DNA of 64,000 bases. It comes from Vitrella brassicaformis CCMP3155 (taxonomy: Eukaryota > Protista > Chromerida). The translations under genes were made by a program, and so were the position numbers. Under the pieces are notes generated by a model. It had not been told where the DNA came from, made no database searches, and saw only the letters and a program-made list of their open reading frames with translations. The stretch is from contig CDMY01000357.1 of NCBI GenBank assembly GCA_001179505.1, positions 1 to 64,000 on the forward strand, in the 5' to 3' direction. Numbering within the stretch: the first letter of the stretch is position 1; each line of letters starts with the position of its first letter. This document shows positions 52,047 through 64,000 of this stretch, one piece after another.

Positions 52047-53801
52047 ATGGAGGCCAAGTCAGTGCCTTGTCAAGGTTTGCCCAGCAAGGGTGATGATGAT
52101 CCGCCGCCGTCGAATCATCGACTGCTGGGGCCTCTCTTGTCCATCGGCGACACTGTGGTTCTCGAGAAAGGCGAGGAGCGAGGCCTGCCCATCCTCTCCC
52201 TGGCTTATTCCCTAGTGCTGGCCCGGGTCTGCGATGCAATGGTCAAGAGACTGCCACTCGAGGAAATCATGAAGACCATGATGCGGAATATGTTCGGTGA
52301 GGGAGGGCAACGGTGTGTGTGCATGATTGAGTGAGTGACTCTGTACGTGTGTGCCTTTGAATTGTGTTTGTGGTTGGTTCAGGGTTCATCATATGGGAGT
52401 TCAAGGATGAGGACACATCGCAAAAGCACGGCCATTCTGTGGTGCTTCACATCTTCCCAAGTATAGACACATGCATGAAGGCACATGCAGACGGGAGGGC
52501 GAAGGAGAGGCCATGACCTGTCCCTCGCTTGATTGCTTGTTTGCACGTCGTATGTTATGTGTGCCTTCAGAGATTGTGGATGGGTCGTTAGAGTATCCGC
52601 ATTGCCACAAGAGAAACTGGTCAGTCAGTGCACATACTGTTTCCTCATTAATTCATTCATTCATTCATTCTTTGCCATTGGTTGGGTGTCCGGTGTGTCA
52701 GGTCCTCAATCAACATGCACGGCACATACCAGCACATCCTCTACAGCTTCCTCAAACACGACACCGGTAAGCCTCGCAGTGCGCCGTGCGATGCGTTGCA
52801 CTGCAGGGTCGGTCATACTCATTGCGAACGTTACTCAGGCGAGGCCATCACGCCGGATCTGTCGCTGCCCGGCCACGCTGCTGAGTGTCCGCAGCAGAAC
52901 CTGAAGCTCTTCGAGCACGAGATGGAGACGGGCTGCCATTTCAAAGGACCTGTGAGGGTCGACGCAGTGCAGGTAGGCCGGGGCGTGTCAACACGTACTC
53001 GAGACGGACGCCTGTGCGCCTTGTGTGTGGGGATGATCAGGAGTTCACCTACAAGAAGGGTGTGCTGCAGTATATGGACAAGCGTGTGCCGCATCGATTG
53101 GACAAATACGGTAGGGGGGGAATGGGCAATCGACGAGCCTCCGAGCCTGCCTCCGTATTATGGCTGGTTGTTTGTGTGTCTGCAGAGAACACGTTCAGTC
53201 TGAATGTTCGTGGCCCGCTGGACCCTACACTCAACACGCTATTTACCGTTCTCAACTACAAACCCCTCCCACAGGTGGTTGCCTCATTCACTCCCAGGAA
53301 ATCATCGCACTACACACATATACATGCATTCCATTCCCATCTCGTGTGTGGGCGGATGGGTGGGGCGGATGGGTGGGTGGATGGGTGCAGAATGCGGACA
53401 AGCAGTGGCAGGTGCCGCTGTCATCCCTAGAGCACGCCTCAGAGATCATCCGCCTTGTCACCGCAACACTCGCCGATCCCGATCTCTCTGCGTTCGCGGC
53501 GATGGGTGGCGATGCGGCCAAGCTGGCGTCTCTGCCGATCGACGAGGCGTTCCGCTATGCCGTGACGATCGTCAGCGGCTTCGAGGACAGGTACGTGACC
53601 ATTACAATCAAGGCGGCCGACACACACATGACATGACATGACATGACATGGTCTGTGTGGCTGTGTAGGTTCCCCCTTGTGATGCCTCTGGACAAGGGCG
53701 GTACGATGAAGGCTGGCGTGGTGACGGGTGAGGCCGTCAGGGGCCTCGTCTACCACAGCCTCAGGACCATGCCCGAGGTCCGAGTGCCGGAGCATGTGTA
53801 G
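52047..53801 (+). CDS. Hypothetical protein (multi-exon)
   Basis: About eight high-GC3 exons joined by GT-AG introns (LPILSLAYSLVLARVCDAM, HGHSVVLHIFP, LEYPHCHKRNW, NMHGTYQH, EAFRYAVTIVSGFEDR) to TAG 53799-53801. Family not recognised. Confidence 0.65.
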
Positions 53802-54251
53802 CTAAGCAGCTGGGGAGAGAGGCAGAAGAAGACATGCAGCTGCGGCACGGGCCGGATCAGCTTGGATCATGCAGGTTCTTTCTCTTTCACTCGTTTATCT
53901 AATCGTGCTGTTTGAGATTTTGGTCGTCTCGCGTGCTTGTCTCGATTGATGCGCCTCTATTGTGTGAGCGCGAGGTTTTGTGTGTGCACGTTGTACTGTT
54001 TGTGGGAAGGGGGCAGTGCCTGGCCTGTGTCTTATCTTCGCCCTGTGCGTGCGTAGTGAGTGGCCAATGGCTGGGGCGGATTGGATTGCGCCGACCACGT
54101 GTGTGCTGTGTGGCGCCTCTTGGATGCTTGGATGAGTCCAGTCCCCCTCGCATAGCAAACGGGATGTATCTAATCTCAGACATGTTTACGAGCAAAGTGC
54201 CTGTTTAATCATTCATTGTACATTCAGTCGGTCGATGAGTCAATCGATCAC

Positions 54252-57866
<3,615 letters not shown>

Positions 57867-58741
57867 TACATATATATGAGCGATGATGTGTGGAGATCGA
57901 TGCCAGCTAGCCTAGCTGCCTGTGTGTTTTTCTGTCGTGGTGTGGCGAAGTCGGTCTGTGTTGACTTTTGTTTGTTTGTTTGTTGTGTACATAATTAAGT
58001 GTGTGGACGGCCGGCCGGACGCGGACACGGCGGAGCCAAACAAGGGATTGTTGTGTTGTGAGCCAAGAGAACCATTCACACAAATTCATCCATACCTCCA
58101 TCCATTGAGCGTTGCGTCCAGACAGGCCTGTCTGTCTGTCTGTCTGCACAACGATTCGATTGCATGAAAGTATTCAGCCGTCTCGTACGATCCACCCACC
58201 CCGCGAGCAAGCAATGCAATGCAATGGAGCCGAGCCAGCAATGGCAATGAAGGAGCCATTCATTCATTCACACAGATGTAGTCACAAATAAGTGTAGACA
58301 GACCGACATGCAATCAATGCACACCAACCCCCTCTAGTCGCGTTTGTTCACAGGCATCCATCCGTTGTGTACACTGTGGCCACTGAGGCGAGCCCAAAGA
58401 ACGAATGAGTGGACCCATCCATCAAAGAGGGGAGGGATAGAGGGGGGGAGGGCGGGAGGGAAAGGGATAATAAGAGTGCCTCAACAATACAATACACACA
58501 CCGCGCATGGCCTGCACACCACACGGCCCTCCCTTTGATTGATAACATCCACATATATGCCGGCCCTTAAGGTATTCATGTCATGTGTTGTGTGGCATCC
58601 ATTCATCCACCCATCCTCCCCCCGTCCCACTAAACATTGACGGCCCACGCACGCACCACTCGACGAGAGGGGGAGCGATGGAATGAACGATACGGGATCG
58701 ATGCGGTGGTGGTGCTGCCATACACGTATGTATGTGTCCAT

Positions 58742-61317
58742 TTATTTAATAGCGCGGTAGACCTGCCGCGTGACAATATAAGGCGTGCTCTCAACCTTGT
58801 GGTACCTGCAGCCATCCATCCATCCATCCACACGACAGACAACCAACAACCAACGCTCTGGAGCGAGCTCTGCCAGTNNNNNNNNNNNNNNNNNNNNNNN
58901 NNNNNNNNNNNNNNNNNNNNNNNNNNNNNNNNNNNNNNNNNNNNNNNNNNNNNNNNNNNNNNNNNNNNNNNNNNNNNNNNNNNNNNNNNNNNNNNNNNNN
59001 NNNNNNNNNNNNNNNNNNNNNNNNNNNNNNNNNNNNNNNNNNNNNNNNNNNNNNNNNNNNNNNNNNNNNNNNNNNNNNNNNNNNNNNNNNNNNNNNNNNN
59101 NNNNNNNNNNNNNNNNNNNNNNNNNNNNNNNNNNNNNNNNNNNNNNNNNNNNNNNNNNNNNNNNNNNNNNNNNNNNNCCCCCCCCCCCCTCCCCATCCCG
59201 TCCCCCTGTTAACACACTTACGTACCATGCCATGGGCTGATCGCAGAATGGGCATTTGCGCCTGTCGGCGTGCACCTTCTTGGCGCAAATGTAGCAGATA
59301 TCACCGTGGCCACACTCCATTATCACAGTGTCACACACACGATCGTTGCATACTGACACACACATAGCATACACACACACACACACATCCAAAGAGCGGT
59401 ATGTCTGTATGTGTTTGTGGACGTGTGTGTCTGTGTGTCTGTGTGCTGCTTAGTGTGTGTGTGGTGTGGTGTGAGGCCTCCCTCCCTCCCTCCCTCCCTG
59501 CTCACTGGGGCACTCTCCCGTTTGGCTGCCGGGCGTCACGTGTCCCGCCTCTGCGTGTGCCGTCGACTCGGCCAGCAGGGGGGTCTTCTCGGTCGCACTC
59601 AGCCGACTCACATCAGACGGCATCGCCACACCACCCTCCCCCCCAGCAGCTGCGGCAGCATGTTTGGACCCGGTGGCCTCCCCTTCAACAGCCCCTGTGG
59701 TGGTGCTCGTGGTCGTGGTCGCGCGCAGAGACGTGAGTGCCCCCCCGATGCCCAGAAAGGAGAACACGCCCCCGCCGCCCTCCTGCGTCTTCTTGGCTGG
59801 CGCATCGCTTGGGACGATCTCCTTGAGAGGCCCGGTGTACCGCCTGTACACGGCCCGCCTCACTCGCTGCAGATACCGGGGTCTGCGGTAGCCGGGTGGA
59901 GGGCGCACGGGGGGTTTGTAGTAGGGGGACGCCTGCATGAACTGCCGCACGGACTCGACAAAGACGGCCGATGCGATGCCGGCCAAGAGGCATGTGATGA
60001 GTACTAGAGGGATGATGAGCCAGTGAGGGGTGAGGGGCGAGACGCTGTCCGGGCTGTCCAACCACCATGAGAAGTCCATGACCCAGTAGGCCAGCATCAG
60101 GATGGTTGGCACGGTGATGAGCACCACCAGAGCGGCGTTGAGGCGCCGTTCGGCCAGAGGGGTGTCGGGCTGGTTGGTCAACTCAGCGTAGGCGAACAGC
60201 ATTCCCGTGATGAACATTGCACCTGCACACACACACACACACACACACACATCGACACGCATACGCACATTGAACGCTTTAACGGAATGGAAGGGCCTTC
60301 ACTGCTTTTGTGTCTGTGTGTGTCTGTGTCACTAACTCACTGACCGAGTAGAACCAGTAGCGGGGTGAATGCCGGCAGCCATGTCTGTGATAGATAGCCG
60401 TCGACTTTCAGTATGATCAGCAGCAGCTGGGTAAACGGCCAACTGCATCCATCCATCCATCCACACAAGAATGAGAGGGAGGCATTTCGTGTACATCGGC
60501 GGCCCGGCCGACATCCCTTCCTTCTTGATTCGCTTGATTGACTTACACGTGCAGTGCCTGCACAGTGTCGGGCACCCACATCCTGCAGGCATCAACGAAC
60601 CAATGAATGCCACAACACACCATACCACACACAACTCTTCAACAGGCTGCCTCCCCTGGCCCACCAACGCACCCCCCCACCCACCAGCTGTAGTGTCTAT
60701 CCATGACGTATGCGACGATTGCGTTGACGAGTCTGGCCATGGTGCAGGGCACTATGGCCATACTCAGTGTGTGCACCTGCACCCAGGCACTCGCCCCCAG
60801 GTACCAGCACCACACCAAACCGATGCTGCTGACGTCCAGCACCGTCTCGAGGGTCCGCAGGGCCACCAGTATGCGGTGGACCGACACGAAGGATCCGCCC
60901 CACCTGCCCGCCAGCAGCTCGGTGATGCCGCACACCACCTTGCCGTCCAGCAGACGGGCCACCAACACTACCACCAAGTAGCCGTGCCACGGCCATTTCA
61001 ACACCTTCAGCACCTTCAAATAGCAGAAGAACTGCATTGGTGCATGACATGACACACAGAGTGATGGAGGGAATTCATCCTGCATGTTGTTCACGATGCG
61101 ATGGATGGCAAATGAATGATCGGCTTACGGATACAAGGAATGCAGCCACGGCCGCGATGCACTGTCTGGCGCTGCGTGAAAGGGTCTCCATGAGGGTCTC
61201 GTTGTACAGCCACTGCCCTTGCTGGGGGGCGGGCTGCAGCTGCGGTGCCTCCTGCTGCTGGCCATTGGCTTGTGGCGGTGGCTCGGCAATGTTGACGCCT
61301 GCTTCAGCAGCAGCCAT
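58742..61317 (-). CDS. Multi-pass membrane protein (TMEM185/FAM11-like) with a C-terminal RING finger
   Basis: Many TM segments including QLLLIILKVDGYLSQTWLPAFTPLLV. RING VCNDRVCDTVIMECGHGDICYICA...CPFC. The last exon lies beyond the gap. Confidence 0.75.
58878..59177. other. Assembly gap (300 N) inside an intron of the RING gene
   Basis: Run of N. Confidence 1.
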
Positions 61318-61350
61318 CGATGACAAACTACTCCCGCCTTCTCCCATTCA

Positions 61351-61357
61351 AGCTCGC
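61351..61357. promoter_or_regulatory. Candidate promoter motif AGCTCGCA, RING/4-TM spacer
   Basis: aagctcgcag, 34 bp from ATG 61317. Confidence 0.55.
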
Positions 61358-61504
61358 AGGAGCAGAAGAGCAGGAGAGAAATAGGTAGGCAGGCGGCACA
61401 CCTCCTGCACGCGAATGTGTATGTCGGTGTTTTGTTTGTTTCTTATATGTACACCAAAGGTCAGGTGACTGAGAGTCTTTCGCCATCGGTCCATCGTTTC
61501 AGCC

Positions 61505-62398
61505 ATGATAGGAGCAGGTGCGCAACGTAGCAAACAACACAAGCAAGAATTGCAAGAGAAACCACACACACATGCGAATTGTCTTTCATCCGCATGGCGT
61601 CACTCACTGTGTGTTGGCTCCGTCCCTCCCGCCCTCTCTGTCTGCTGTGTGTGTGACGGCGCTGCTCAGGCATGGGTTCGTTCCCGTTTGTGTCGCCGTC
61701 TGAGCGGTGCCTGCAGATCGGGAAGCTGTTCAAGGTCCTGTTGATCGTTGAGGCAGTGGTGCTGGTGGCCATGCTGCTGTTCACGCCGTTCGAGCTGTGG
61801 ATCCTGCTGCAGCTGATATCGGTGGGTTTGGGGTGGTGGGCCATCAAGGACGAGGTGGCCTACCGCCCGCCATTCGTCCAGACGTACGTCTTCCTCACCG
61901 TCCTGGGCTTCATCTTCGCCGCCATCGGGTTCGCCCAGTGGATGGGGGACACCATCAACAAAGCCAGCACCCCCTTGATCATCATCACCGTCATATACGG
62001 GTGCTTCTCGCTCTTTCTTATCGTCTGTTGCCGCTTCTCGTGGGTTCTTTACAAAGAAATGCTCTCGTGCGAACCAACCGGGCTGCAGATGGGGGCCTTC
62101 GGCCAAATGGGTGGCGGGGCGGGTCAGTCCCAGATGCAGCAGCCCGGTAGCGGCTACACCACATCGTATGCGGGCGGCGGGAGCTACTCGCAGGACCCGG
62201 CCGGGTCGCAGCCCTCACCCACCGGGGCGGGCGGGCCGACCGGCGGCAGACAAACCACAGGATTCGTACCATTCCAGGCACGGCAGGGCAGGGTGGACAC
62301 ACAACACAGGGGGTGCAAGCAATCTAATCTGCTGTGCTGTGTCGTGTTGTCTTGTCTGGTGTGGTTTGCTTCAGGGTGAGGGCCACAGGCTGGGTTGA
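61505..62398 (+). CDS. Small four-TM protein with a Gly/Gln-rich tail ending in an SHP box
   Basis: Four hydrophobic helices in ORF 61672-62379 and a low-complexity tail. Terminal exon 62375-62398 gives FVPFQ|GEGHRLG*. Confidence 0.75.
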
Positions 62399-64000
62399 GT
62401 GGGTGAGGATCAACGCCGTTTGGACCGACCGACCGACCGGTGTTTGCAATGCTAGGGGGGGCTCTCTCTGTTTTGACTGTAGCTAGCCAGCCAGCTCCGT
62501 GGACGACGGCAGGCACGTGTGACGTGTGTGTGTTGTTTCTCGGTGACGACTGACTGATGAATTCATGCATGGCCATCCATTGCATGAGTGGCGTGATTTT
62601 AATTCATCGTTGCTCATGTGGCCTTGCCCTGGCTGGGGCCACCCACCATCCATCCATTCATCAGTCAGTCCTTGGTCCCATCGATCAATCAATAGGTCCG
62701 TCCGTCACACAACACACAGACATGAGAGGTGAGCACATCACATAGATCATCTAGCAAATAGTCCATCCAGTCCATCCCCTCCAGCCGCACCCACCGCACA
62801 TGTCAGTCATGTGTGCTGTGGTGTGCACGTACGTATGCAGAAAGTTAGTAAGCAGTTCCTGGCCTGCCTGTGCCTGTCGCTGCACTGCAATCCACTCGGC
62901 CATCATCATGCCATGCCTCCGTCGGTTCGAACCGACGTGCTGCATCCTTCCATGAGTCACTCGCCTGGCGGGCTGGCTGGGCACGTGAGAGAAAAAAGAC
63001 AGCCAGCCATTGCAATCAATGCATATGGATGGATGATCGATCAGATGCACGCGCCTCTGGTGGGTCGGTGGGTTGTTGAAATAAAGCAACCTGTGGCTGG
63101 CTGGCTGACTGACAGACAGATGGACAGACGGCCGTATAGCATCCCTCTCGTGTGCGGGTGACTAAAAATAGCACCGTCCCACAACCCACCTCACACTGGC
63201 GGAAAAAACGTGTCCGCGTCGCTTCACATCCCTGTCCGCACACCCATTGATTGCTGCTATCAAGACATGAAGGGGAGGGCGTATGCAGGCTGTGTGGTGA
63301 TGCGCAATGTGGGTCCCGTCCCGCAAGCAAAGCAAGGCAAAAAAGGGTCCATCCATCCATCGGTACGTCATCCATCCATCGAAAGCACAAAGGTAGGTGA
63401 GAAAAACGGCCAAGGCGGACGGGCGTACACAAGATGGGTAATGTATTGTATGTATAGCACTAGTAGTAGAGACAGACAGACATGCAGACTTCTGGCTAGA
63501 TCACACACTCACAGGTACAGAAAGTGACTTCGGTCCATCAATCCATCTCTCTCCCTACTTGGTTCGTTTGGTGCCTCACTCCACTCATTTGGTCCGTCCA
63601 CTCCATGCCACCCGATGATAAATATTCCCTCCCTCTCTCTCCGTTGGCTGCCTGCTACTCGTCACAGAGGCTCTATCTGTCTGTCCGCTACTCGAGCACT
63701 CATCGGTGCGGCCCTGTAGGACTCCCTCCCTCCCTCCCTACCTAACTCCCATTCGCTCAGGTGCGCACACACGCATAGCATAAACAAACAACCAGACAGC
63801 GGTGCACACAAACAGACACTCACGCGCAGACACACACACGCACCACGCACTCACTGGCAGACAGGCTCCCTCCCTCCCTCTCCCTCCCAGGCAGGCAGGC
63901 AGGCAGGCAGGGACGCAAAACTGGTGGATAAACTGCCGGGTGGCCCGTCACGTATGTCTGTCTGCCTGGATGTCTGTATGACTTGCGTGCGAGTATGTTG

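Noticed and set aside
62400-64000. Terminal 1.6 kb
   Set aside because: Microsatellite-rich intergenic sequence; no supportable gene or structured RNA.

Overview
Eukaryotic, GC-rich, intron-dense nuclear DNA. The microsatellite-filled short introns and several plastid-type bipartite presequences suggest a chromerid alga of the Vitrella type (inference, not verified). About 20 spliced protein-coding genes can be traced by hand. Well supported: CCDC25, AP-4 sigma subunit, thioredoxin, RluA pseudouridine synthase fused to helical repeats, catechol O-methyltransferase, M17 leucyl aminopeptidase, KP-43-type subtilase, cathepsin Z, IMP3, DEAD-box helicase and acetyl-CoA acetyltransferase. Less certain: rhomboid pseudoprotease, TraB-domain protein, GH-D-like glycosidase, two RING proteins, a DUF179-like protein, a 4-TM SHP-box protein and several hypotheticals. 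The window also holds a cluster of decayed paralogues (35.6-40.9 kb), an exact 243-bp tandem duplication and three 300-N gaps. No rRNA, tRNA, CRISPR array or recognisable transposase was found. Most striking signal: genes are mostly head-to-head with 64-207 bp spacers, and the motif AGCTCGC(A) occurs in ten promoter regions. Other leads: a COMT with a twin-arginine lumen signal, a helical-repeat/RluA fusion, a membrane RING ligase facing an SHP-box membrane protein, AC/GT polarity in introns, and a single T8 frameshift in an otherwise intact subtilase. Exon boundaries and counts were derived by eye and are approximate.
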